64,000 bases of DNA from an uncultured delta proteobacterium. GTDB lineage: Bacteria; Myxococcota; Myxococcia; Myxococcales; Myxococcaceae. The notes under the pieces are model-generated. The model was not told the origin of the DNA, ran no database searches, and worked only from the letters and a program-made list of their open reading frames with translations. Positions 1 to 8,386 of this stretch are shown piece after piece. Location: assembly GCA_963771175.1 (NCBI GenBank), contig CAVYSY010000039.1, positions 32,001 through 96,000 of the forward strand, written 5' to 3'. Within the stretch, counting starts at the first letter, position 1; the number at the start of each line of letters is the position of its first letter. The translations under genes and the position numbers were made by a program.

Positions 1-186
1 CCGCTCCTCCGCCGGGCACATCCGGAGCTCCCGCCCGTCTCCGGGCCGGTGGATGCAGCCACCGCCCACCACTACTGGCGGGTCGCACTGGCGTCGGGCA
101 TCGAGGCCGCGCCGCTCCATCTCGGAACCGAGCTCATTCCGGACAACGTGCTCGCGGCGCTCATGGGACGCAGGCGCACGGGGTAG
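1..186 (+). CDS. 3' end of an unidentified gene running in from the left edge
   Basis: Frame 1 is open from base 1 to TAG at 184-186 (PLLRRAHPELP...LAALMGRRRTG*), with GC-rich third positions, and ends just before a terminator hairpin. Confidence 0.5.
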   Translation, partial: PLLRRAHPELPPVSGPVDAATAHHYWRVALASGIEAAPLHLGTELIPDNVLAALMGRRRTG

Positions 187-191
187 CCGCC

Positions 192-224
192 AAAAGAAAA
201 ACGGGAGCGTCTCCGCTCCCGTTT
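192..224 (-). terminator. Rho-independent terminator of the M35 peptidase gene (possibly bidirectional)
   Basis: Perfect 11-bp stem aaacgggagcg(199-209)-tctc-cgctcccgttt(214-224), followed on the minus strand by a U-rich tract. Confidence 0.8.
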
Positions 225-247
225 CCCTCACCCAGCTATTTCGAGAA

Positions 248-1357
248 TCACTGCAGGAACGGCGTGTTCTCGGCGAAGTACTCGTGGCTGTCCGCGTTGT
301 CGAGCGCGTTGGTGGGGTTGGTGAGCGCCAGGTTCTTGGCGCCGGCCTGACCGTAGACGTGGTCATCCGTGCCGGCCACCGCCGTGAAGTGGCTCATCTC
401 GTGGATGAGGGTGCCACCCTTCGAGTCGGTGCCCGTCATCGGCGCGGACCAGAACGCGCTGCACACGTAGATGATGTACGGCTTGGCCGGGTAGACGTAC
501 GCGTAGTAGTTCTTCTTGCAGCTGCAATCGACCGTGATCGGCTTGGTGTCGAAGGCGTCCTTGATGGCGACGAAGTGGGTCTGCGCCGTGCTCCAGCCGC
601 TGCTCGAGAAGGCGCCGAACCAGGTGGAGTAGCGCTGCGTGCCGGACGGGGTGGTGTTGGTCAGGTAGGCGTTGGAATCATCCGCCATGGCCGAGGCGGC
701 GTTCAGCGCGTCCATGATCGTGGCCTGCTGCGTGGTGGAGCACCGGCCGGAGAACGACACGCTGCTGGTGAGCTGGGCGACCGGCCCATCCGAGGGGACC
801 TTGCTCGCGCGGCCCTCGATCCACAGGCTCACGTCGTTGGACTTGAGCAGACCCGTCCTGGCGCTGGAGCCGTGCGCCTGCGCCGCGTCCACCTCGAAGC
901 GGATGCTGTAGTTGCCGCTCTGCGACAGGTCATACAGACCCAGGTCCACCGTCTTCGTCAGGCTCTCGCCAGGGGCCAGGGTGAGGAAGTCGTCCGAGCG
1001 CGCCGCGGGACGCTTGTAGTGGGGGCCCTCGAAGGCCACGGACTGGCCACTGCGGGTCACCACGAACAACGACTCCTCCAGCTCCTCGGAAGGCGCGTAC
1101 CACTTGAGCAGGCTCACCGGGTGACGCGAGGTGTTGGTGAGGGTGACCGTCACGGCCGCGCTCTCGTTGGCACCGATGACAGAGGCCTTGGCGGACAGGC
1201 TCACCGCCACATCCCCCTTCTCACGCAGCTCCTGAGCCTCAGTGGAGAGCTCATCGCCGGTCGAGCCCACGTCACCCGGCGCACCGCACGCGCCGAGGAG
1301 GGACACGCTGGCGAGGCCAGCCAACCACTTGAAATTGCCACGAAGGGTCTTGCTCAT
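248..1357 (-). CDS. M35 family (deuterolysin / peptidyl-Lys metalloendopeptidase-like) zinc protease, probable lipoprotein
   Basis: HExxH (LIHEMSHF) followed by the aspzincin GTxDxxYG motif (GTDDHVYG) and NADSHEYF; N-terminal lipobox-like VSLLGAC; start at ATG 1357 with upstream AAGGAAG preferred over 1441. Confidence 0.88.
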   Translation of the reverse strand: MSKTLRGNFKWLAGLASVSLLGACGAPGDVGSTGDELSTEAQELREKGDVAVSLSAKASVIGANESAAVTVTLTNTSRHPVSLLKWYAPSEELEESLFVVTRSGQSVAFEGPHYKRPAARSDDFLTLAPGESLTKTVDLGLYDLSQSGNYSIRFEVDAAQAHGSSARTGLLKSNDVSLWIEGRASKVPSDGPVAQLTSSVSFSGRCSTTQQATIMDALNAASAMADDSNAYLTNTTPSGTQRYSTWFGAFSSSGWSTAQTHFVAIKDAFDTKPITVDCSCKKNYYAYVYPAKPYIIYVCSAFWSAPMTGTDSKGGTLIHEMSHFTAVAGTDDHVYGQAGAKNLALTNPTNALDNADSHEYFAENTPFLQ

Positions 1358-1689
1358 GTCGCGGACTTCCTTTGCTGGGGGGACCGGCGATTCGGCTCGT
1401 TCCCGGGCGATGCCGTCCGGGCACGAACTGACCATCAGCAAGACTCAGGCCAGTTGCCGGCTTTCGAGGAAATGCGGAGTTACGAGACGCCCCACCCGCT
1501 CCGGGGAGCATCGAGGCTCCACCACCGGGACGCCGGAATGTAAAGAGTCGACACGGTCGTTGGGCCATTCCTCAGTAAAATCAAGGACATTGGCTGATGC
1601 ACGAAACCGTCCGAAAACAGGACAGCGACTGTCCTCATTGAGGTCACCCAGCCCATGGTGGCGCAGAGCCTCGGGAAGGGGCACGCCCC

Positions 1690-2010
1690 AAACAAACACA
1701 TATCAATTCACATGTCGTTTGATTATCTTGATATTAATTGCCATTGCCATTGTCATTGCATCATACACAACACACAATTGCTACCAAGAACAAGGAGGAT
1801 AATCACAAGCAACGCAAAATGACGAGCGATTGACTAAGCAAGACAAAACACATATCAACCAACAGCAACTACGGCAAGCCGGACAAAAGCAAACACAATC
1901 AAACACAAAGCCGTGTCAATTGCTCTCGCAGCTACAAAGACAAACAATACGCCAACGTGAATAGTGAGAGTCATTGAAGGACATACGGATATGCTCTCAC
2001 TGTAATGGGG
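1690..2010. promoter_or_regulatory. AT-rich, strand-skewed intergenic region between divergent genes
   Basis: About 42% GC by hand count of 1741-1920 versus about 70% elsewhere; 13-bp direct repeat and a hairpin (see findings). Confidence 0.45.
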
Positions 2011-2355
2011 TTTTGTCGTCAAATGTAGGCATGATGAGGCCTGTTCTGGCAGTGGTGGCAAGGTGTGGATATGTAGGCACGATATCCGTCCTACTTCAGG
2101 AGTTGAGGGGCTGGGGGACGGTGGAGGCGGTTGTCGCGGCCTGGACGTGCTCGTCAATCCGCGGGCATCACCCAGGTGCCGCCCGCTTCAACGCTACCCA
2201 GGGGGCGCCCTGTGCCCTCGTCCGCTCGCTCGCCAAGGGGTTGGGGAACTCCACAATACGTACAAGGTGGGGCCGCGCTGCCGGTCAACGGCGGACTGTG
2301 ATGGAATTGGCGGGAGTCCCTGGAGGGACTCCGAGGCAACACGAATAGGAGCACC

Positions 2356-3402
2356 ATGCGCGCCACCATCTTTCGCGGGGGAGACCTCGTCGTCGACACC
2401 CTGCCCGATCCGGTCCCTGGCACGGGGCAGGTGCTCGTCAAATCCCTGGCCTGCGGCATCTGCGGGTCGGACCTTCACACCGTCAAACACCCGCGGCTCT
2501 TCATCGAGGCGATGCAGCACGCGGGAGCCCCGGACATCATCGACACCTCGCGCGACGTGGTGTTGGGCCATGAGTTCTGCGCGGAGGTGCTCGACTACGG
2601 TCCCGAGACCAACCGCCGGCTGATGCCCGGCACGCGCGTGACCTGCATTCCGCTGACGATCGGCGCGGAGGGAGTGCGCTCCATCGGCTACTCGAACGCA
2701 CTGCCGGGCGGCTTCGCGCAGAAGATGCTGCTGGACGAGGCACTCCTGCTCGAGGTGCCGAACGGGCTGCCCACCGAGCACGCCGCCCTGGTCGAGCCCA
2801 TGGCCGTGGGCGTGCACGCGGTGGAGAAGGCGGAGTTCCGGGGCGGAGAGGTGCCACTCGTCATCGGCTGCGGCGCGGTGGGGTTGGCGGTCATCGCGGC
2901 CCTGAAGCTCAAGGGGGTGCACCCCATCATCGCCGCGGATTACTCGCGCACCCGCCGAGCGATGGCGGAGAAGATGGGGGTGGATGTCGTCATCGATCCC
3001 GCCGAGTACTCTCCCTACAAGCTCTGGGAGAAGCACGCGGCGGGCGGGAGTCCGGGCAGCCTCAAGCCAGCGGTGATCTTCGAGTGCGTGGGCGTGCCGG
3101 GCATCCTCCAGCAGGTGTTCCAGGGAGCACCGCCGTCCGCGCGCATCGTCGTGGTGGGCGTGTGCATGGGGATGGACCAGATCGAGCCGATGCTGGCCCT
3201 GTACAAGGATCTGCGGATCCAGTTCTCCCTGGCTTACACGCCCGATGAGTTCGCCCGCACCCTTCGCCACGTGGCCGAGGGGGAGATCGACGTGGCACCG
3301 CTCATCACCGCCCGTGTGGGGCTGGAGGGGGTGAAGCAGGCCTTCGACGATCTGGGCAACCCGGATCGGCACGCGAAGATCCTGGTGGACCCCTGGCGAT
3401 GA
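2356..3402 (+). CDS. Zinc-binding medium-chain dehydrogenase/reductase (MDR)
   Basis: CGICGSDLH, GHEF and VEP catalytic-zinc ligands; Rossmann GCGAVG; RBS AGGAG upstream; lacks the 4-Cys structural zinc loop. Confidence 0.9.
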   Translation: MRATIFRGGDLVVDTLPDPVPGTGQVLVKSLACGICGSDLHTVKHPRLFIEAMQHAGAPDIIDTSRDVVLGHEFCAEVLDYGPETNRRLMPGTRVTCIPLTIGAEGVRSIGYSNALPGGFAQKMLLDEALLLEVPNGLPTEHAALVEPMAVGVHAVEKAEFRGGEVPLVIGCGAVGLAVIAALKLKGVHPIIAADYSRTRRAMAEKMGVDVVIDPAEYSPYKLWEKHAAGGSPGSLKPAVIFECVGVPGILQQVFQGAPPSARIVVVGVCMGMDQIEPMLALYKDLRIQFSLAYTPDEFARTLRHVAEGEIDVAPLITARVGLEGVKQAFDDLGNPDRHAKILVDPWR

Positions 3403-3425
3403 CACAGTGGTAGCGTGACGAGCCC

Positions 3426-4796
3426 ATGAGCGTGAATCTGATGCGCGAGCTCGCGGCCGTGCTGCCGCCCGAGGCCCTCGTCATCGATCCCGACGTGCTC
3501 GAAGCGCACCGCCGCGATCAGGCGGGGTGGGCCGTGGCCGGTATCCCGCGAGTCCTCGTCCGTCCGGCCTCGACCGCCGAGGTGCAGGCCGTGCTCCGCG
3601 TCGCGGCGGCCCACCGCGTGCCAGTGGTCGCTCGTGGAGCGGGTTCGGGACTGTCGGGCGGCGCGAACGCCGTGGATGGCTGCATCGTGCTCTCGCTCGC
3701 GCGGATGAACCGCGTGCTGGAAATAGACCGGCAAGGCATGTACGCCGTCGTCCAGCCGGGCGTCATCAACGCCACGGTCAAGGTGGCCGCGGCGGAGCAC
3801 GGACTCTGGTACGCGCCGGACCCCGCGAGCTGGGAGTTCTCGTCGATCGGCGGAAACGTCGCGACCAATGCCGGGGGCCTGTGCTGTGTGAAGTACGGCG
3901 TGACCGGGGATGCCGTGCTCGGGCTCGAGGCCGTGCTCGCGGATGGCTCCGTCGTCCGCACCGGCGGCCGCACGGTCAAGAACGTCGCCGGCTATGACCT
4001 CACCCGGCTGTTCGTCGGCTCCGAGGGCACGCTCGGCATCGTCACCGAAGTCACGCTGAAGCTGCGGCCCCGTCCGCCCCCGGCGACGACGCTGGTGGCC
4101 TCTTTCCCGACGCTCGTCGGGGCCGGTGCGGCGGTCATGGAGATCATGGCCAATACACGGCCCTCGCTCCTGGAGTTGATGGACCGCACGACGGTGCGCG
4201 CCGTCGAGGCCTTCAGGCCCTTGGGGCTGGACGTCGAGTCCGCGGCGCTCCTGCTGGCACGCTCCGATGCCGGGGGCGATCAGGGCGTGGCGGAGTGTGC
4301 GCGGATGGTGGCCGCCTGTGAGGCCGCCGGAGCGACCTTCGTCGCGCACTCCGCCGACGAGGCCGAGGGCGAGCTGTTGATCGTCGCGCGCCGGCTCGCC
4401 TTCCCCGCCTTGGAGCGGCAGGGCGCGACCCTGCTCGACGACGTGGGCGTGCCGCTCTCGCGCATCGCGGAGCTGCTCGCGGCCGTCGAGCGCATCGCCG
4501 AGCAGCGCGGCGTGCTCATCGGCACGTTCGGGCATGCCGGCGATGGGAACATGCACCCCACCCTCGTCTTCGACCGGGACGACCCGGACGCGGTGGCGCG
4601 GGCGAAGGCGGCGTTCGACGACATCCTGCGCGTGGTGCTCGACCTGGGAGGGACCATCACCGGCGAGCACGGAGTTGGCACACTCAAGCGCCCGTTCCTC
4701 GCCGCGCAGCTCGGTCCCGAGTCCATGCGGCTCCACCGCGCCATCAAGGATGCCCTCGACCCGCTCGGCATCCTCAACCCCGGCAAGCTGCTCTGA
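3426..4796 (+). CDS. FAD-linked oxidase, GlcD/D-lactate dehydrogenase family
   Basis: [51 protein letters not shown] and C-terminal [10 protein letters not shown]. Confidence 0.9.
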   Translation: MSVNLMRELAAVLPPEALVIDPDVLEAHRRDQAGWAVAGIPRVLVRPASTAEVQAVLRVAAAHRVPVVARGAGSGLSGGANAVDGCIVLSLARMNRVLEIDRQGMYAVVQPGVINATVKVAAAEHGLWYAPDPASWEFSSIGGNVATNAGGLCCVKYGVTGDAVLGLEAVLADGSVVRTGGRTVKNVAGYDLTRLFVGSEGTLGIVTEVTLKLRPRPPPATTLVASFPTLVGAGAAVMEIMANTRPSLLELMDRTTVRAVEAFRPLGLDVESAALLLARSDAGGDQGVAECARMVAACEAAGATFVAHSADEAEGELLIVARRLAFPALERQGATLLDDVGVPLSRIAELLAAVERIAEQRGVLIGTFGHAGDGNMHPTLVFDRDDPDAVARAKAAFDDILRVVLDLGGTITGEHGVGTLKRPFLAAQLGPESMRLHRAIKDALDPLGILNPGKLL

Positions 4797-4807
4797 CGCC
4801 CTCCGGT

Positions 4808-6676
4808 TCACAAGGCCGCGGCGAACTTCGCGGCGATGGGCACGGCGACGCGGCCACCCACCCCTCCGCCCTCCACCAGGACGGCGAAGCCGATGCCCTT
4901 GCGAAAGCCGATGAACCACGCGTGCGTGGGCAGTGGGGTGCCACTTCCGAATTCGGCGGTGCCCGTCTTGCCGGCAAGCCCCGCCACGCCCACCGCCGCC
5001 CGGCCCGACCCATCGGTGACGACGGAGCGCATCAGGGCATTCAAGGGCACACGGGTGCCGGCCGCGAGCGAGGCGCTCGGGCCGTCATCGAGCTCGGCCA
5101 GGAGATAGGGCGCGCGCCACCTGCCCGATTCGGCCGCCGCGGCGACCGAGGCCATGTGCAGCGGCGTGGCCAGCACGCGCCCCTGCCCGATCGCGGCCGC
5201 CGCCAGCTCGGCCTCGTCCAGGGGCGGGGGAAACGAGGCGCCGGGGGACGGAAGCCCCACGCGGTACTCCATATCGAAGCCGAAGCGGCGAGCCGCGGCC
5301 CCGAGCGCGTCCGCGCCGAGTCTGGTGGCCAGCATCACGAAGGCGGTGTTGCACGAGTGGGCAAAGGCCAGGCGCAGGCGGGTGTCTCCGAATGCCTCGC
5401 CCTCGAAGTTGCGAAACAGCTTGCCGCCCACCGTCACCCCGGGTGGGCACGACACCGGGGCGTCCGCGCCCATCCCTCCGGCGAGCAGCGCCTCCGCCGT
5501 GACGACCTTGAACGTCGAGCCGGGCGGGTAACGTCCGGTGAGGGCCCGGTTCATCGGCTGATCGAGCGGTCGGCTGGCGACGGCCAGGATGGCGCCCGTA
5601 GCGGAGTCCACCGCGACGAGCGCCGCTGGCTGGACCACTCCCTCCAGCGCGGCCTCCGCGGCCGACTGCACCTCCGGGAGCAGCGTGGTGAGCAGTGGCA
5701 TCCCCGGCGTCCCCGCGAAACGGTGGAGGACGCGCACCTCGCCGGATGGACGGGTGAGGCGCACCTCGCCGGAGGGGCGCCCCGCGAGCTGCTGCTCATA
5801 CGCGAGTTCCAGCCCGGACAGGCCCACGGCATCTCCGCGCTGGTAGGTCGGGCCCAGTTGCGCGAGCAGCTCGGCCGTCACCTCCCCTACCCGGCCCAGG
5901 GTGTGCGCCGCGAATCCCTCCGCCGGAGAGAGCCAGGCGCTCTTGCGGCGGAAGAAGATGCCGGGCACGGGCGCCAACACCGGGCGCACCTGCTGGTAGC
6001 GCTCGGGCCGCACGTCGATGATGGGCACGAAGCGATCAGGCGCCACGCCCGGCGCGTTCAGCGCCTTCTCCAGCCGCGCCGGGTCGACGCCGAGCTGCGC
6101 CTGGAGCGCCGAGGCGACGGCGGCGCGACTCTGGATGCGCCGGGGCTCGACGCCAATGGTGATGACCTCGCCCTGCTGGGTGAGGGGCTGACCACGTCCG
6201 TCGAGAAGGGAGGCCCGCTCCGGGCGCGTCCTCGTGCGGGAGAAGCGGTCCCCAGCTCGCGCCCCGGGGTGCAGCACCGCTGGAGTCCAGCGCACCCACC
6301 AGCGCCCCTCGCGGCGCACGAGGAACAGCGAGCCGTCCACCTCCCACTCGCCCAGCCCGCGCAGCACATGGATGGCGCGGAAGGTGACCACGGCGCTCTC
6401 CGCCTCGCGCTCGACGTGGCCGAGCTCGAAGCGGGAAGAGACGATGCGCAGCTCGTCGCGGAAGCGCTGGTGCTGCTCCTCGAGGCTGGCCGGCGGCTCG
6501 GCTACCGCGCGCCGCAGGGCGGTGAAGTCGCCCTCGGCCCACGCTCGCAGGTAGGCCTGCGCCAGATCGAGCGGACCCTCCTCGGGCCGCACCTGTACGG
6601 AAACGCAGGCCGCCAGTAGCAAGGCAGCCGCGGCACTGACTCCAACCCTCAACCCTCGCCGTGACACGCGGCGCAC
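4808..6676 (-). CDS. Class B penicillin-binding protein (NTF2-like N-terminus, dimerisation and transpeptidase domains), lipoprotein-like
   Basis: SxxK (GSTFK), SxN (HSCN) and KTG (GKTGTAE); LLLAAC lipobox-like segment; start uncertain (GTG 6676 chosen, ORF open to 6817). Confidence 0.85.
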   Translation of the reverse strand: MRRVSRRGLRVGVSAAAALLLAACVSVQVRPEEGPLDLAQAYLRAWAEGDFTALRRAVAEPPASLEEQHQRFRDELRIVSSRFELGHVEREAESAVVTFRAIHVLRGLGEWEVDGSLFLVRREGRWWVRWTPAVLHPGARAGDRFSRTRTRPERASLLDGRGQPLTQQGEVITIGVEPRRIQSRAAVASALQAQLGVDPARLEKALNAPGVAPDRFVPIIDVRPERYQQVRPVLAPVPGIFFRRKSAWLSPAEGFAAHTLGRVGEVTAELLAQLGPTYQRGDAVGLSGLELAYEQQLAGRPSGEVRLTRPSGEVRVLHRFAGTPGMPLLTTLLPEVQSAAEAALEGVVQPAALVAVDSATGAILAVASRPLDQPMNRALTGRYPPGSTFKVVTAEALLAGGMGADAPVSCPPGVTVGGKLFRNFEGEAFGDTRLRLAFAHSCNTAFVMLATRLGADALGAAARRFGFDMEYRVGLPSPGASFPPPLDEAELAAAAIGQGRVLATPLHMASVAAAAESGRWRAPYLLAELDDGPSASLAAGTRVPLNALMRSVVTDGSGRAAVGVAGLAGKTGTAEFGSGTPLPTHAWFIGFRKGIGFAVLVEGGGVGGRVAVPIAAKFAAAL

Positions 6677-6926
6677 TGTGATGCGGACAGGCGGCGAGTC
6701 AAGGAATCCGGCTGTCGAAATTTCCGGGCAGGGCGACGGGCTCGAAGAGGCACAACCCGGCAGCGTCGGTGCCGGCCGAGAGCGACCGTTGCATGGTCGA
6801 CAAGGCACCACAGACATTTCGCATTTTGTAATGATTTACAAAGACTGAGTTGCTCGTGGCCATCTCCGTGAATTGCGAGTCTGGTTTTACGTCAAAGCAT
6901 TGAGCACGAATTCCACGAGGTGCCAC

Positions 6927-8321
6927 ATGCCATCCAGCTCCCGTTGGTTGTTGCTGTTGGTCCCTGGCCTGTTGTTTTTCTATACATTGAGCGGCGCGCC
7001 CTCCGAAGCCGCGGCAGCCCCGAGCGGCGGCGGTGAGTGCAAGAAGTGTCCACCAGACAGTGGGACCGATGGGGGCAGGCTCGACGGGGCACAGGGGCGG
7101 ATGGCGGGACGCCGGACGCGGGCACCGGCTCCGACGCCGGGACGCCCACGCAGCTGCCTCGGCCAGCCGCTGCTCGAGTCCCTCGGGAAGGAGCATGTGC
7201 TCCTCGGTGCGAAGACGAACGACGACGTGGCCGGGCTGGCACCGTTCGACCTCCGCTACATCTATCTCGCGGGTGGCCTGTTTGATTCGGTACAGCCGTG
7301 CACCTCATGCCTGAGCTGCACCGCCGCGGGGCAGTCCTGCTCCAACTCGAACCCCAATGGCTGCGGTTGGCATGGCTGCTGGCAGTGGGATCAGCTCGCG
7401 CCTGGACAGTTCCTGCGCGACTTCCTCCTGAAGACCACCACCCTGGGACAGATCCCGATGATCACCTACTACGAGCTCCTCCACACCAGCCGCGTGGCGG
7501 AGGGCTCGCAGGAGGTCGCCAAGGCACAGGACGTTGCATTGATGCAGCGTTACTACAATGATTGGCGTTTCGTGTTGAAGCAAATTGGCAGCATGACTGT
7601 CTTTCTTCACGTCGAGCCAGACTTCTGGGGCTATGCCCAGCAGGTGAACACGAATCCACGCCTGATTCCGGCGGCGGTCGCCTCGGCCAATCCCACGGAC
7701 TGCGGCACGGTGGAGAACACCATCGCCGGCATGGGCCGCTGCATGATCGCCATGGCCCGCAAGTACGCCCCCAACGCCCGCATCGGCCTGCACGCCTCGG
7801 CGTGGGGCACGAAGATCGACGCCATGATGAACAGGGATCCGGCGCTCGACGTGGAGGCCGAGGCGCGCAAGACCGCGGACTTCCTCCTCCAGTGTGGCGG
7901 GGGCGCGGGGGACTTCGTCGTGGTGGAGACGAGCGACCGGGACGCGCAGTACTACCAGGTGCGCCTGGGTCGCAATAGCTGGTGGGATCCGACCAACGCC
8001 ACGCTCCCACACTTCCGCCAGGCCTTCCGGTTCGCCAAGGCGCTCTCGGAGCGGATGAACCTGCCCAACCTGTGGTGGCAGATGCCCGTGGGCAACATGT
8101 CGATGCCCGGCTACGACCAGCACTGGAAGGACAACCGTCTGGACTACTTCCTCGACCACCCGCAGGAGGTCGCCGCCGCCCACGGGATTGGGATGATCTT
8201 CGGCGCGGGGGAGCAGCTCCAGACGAACCCCTCCACCGACAACGGGCACCTGCTGCAACGGGCGAACGCCTACTTCTTCAACGGTGGGCAGCTCGCCTGC
8301 CCCAACGCCAGCACCCGCTGA
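6927..8321 (+). CDS. Secreted hypothetical protein with a DAGT-repeat linker and a possible glycoside-hydrolase-like catalytic domain
   Basis: GAGGTG RBS before ATG 6927; hydrophobic signal peptide; Cys-rich insert; LHVEPDFWGY motif; two compensating frameshifts near 7088 and 7151. Confidence 0.65.
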   Translation: MPSSSRWLLLLVPGLLFFYTLSGAPSEAAAAPSGGGECKKCPPDSGTDGGRLDGAQGRMAGRRTRAPAPTPGRPRSCLGQPLLESLGKEHVLLGAKTNDDVAGLAPFDLRYIYLAGGLFDSVQPCTSCLSCTAAGQSCSNSNPNGCGWHGCWQWDQLAPGQFLRDFLLKTTTLGQIPMITYYELLHTSRVAEGSQEVAKAQDVALMQRYYNDWRFVLKQIGSMTVFLHVEPDFWGYAQQVNTNPRLIPAAVASANPTDCGTVENTIAGMGRCMIAMARKYAPNARIGLHASAWGTKIDAMMNRDPALDVEAEARKTADFLLQCGGGAGDFVVVETSDRDAQYYQVRLGRNSWWDPTNATLPHFRQAFRFAKALSERMNLPNLWWQMPVGNMSMPGYDQHWKDNRLDYFLDHPQEVAAAHGIGMIFGAGEQLQTNPSTDNGHLLQRANAYFFNGGQLACPNASTR

Positions 8322-8338
8322 GCCAGGGAGCCGGAACG

Positions 8339-8373
8339 GCCAGGCGTCAGGCGGTGCGCCCCTGACGCCTGGC
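8339..8373. terminator. Hairpin between convergent genes, marking the 3' boundary of the mxa operon
   Basis: Perfect 13-bp inverted repeat gccaggcgtcagg / cctgacgcctggc with a 9-nt loop; no U-tract. Confidence 0.65.
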
Positions 8374-8386
8374 ACTGCCCTTCGCG

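Noticed and set aside
1690..1960. Possible CRISPR array or leader
   Set aside because: No regularly spaced 23-47 bp repeats and no cas genes in the window
1855..2157. Hydrophobic ORF and the AGGAGG at about 1793 in the AT-rich island
   Set aside because: Hydrophobicity follows from the T/G-rich strand; no matching start at proper spacing from the AGGAGG
4808..6817. PBP as a self-resistance gene of the cluster
   Set aside because: Myxalamids target respiratory complex I rather than peptidoglycan synthesis, and the gene lies outside the operon boundary hairpin
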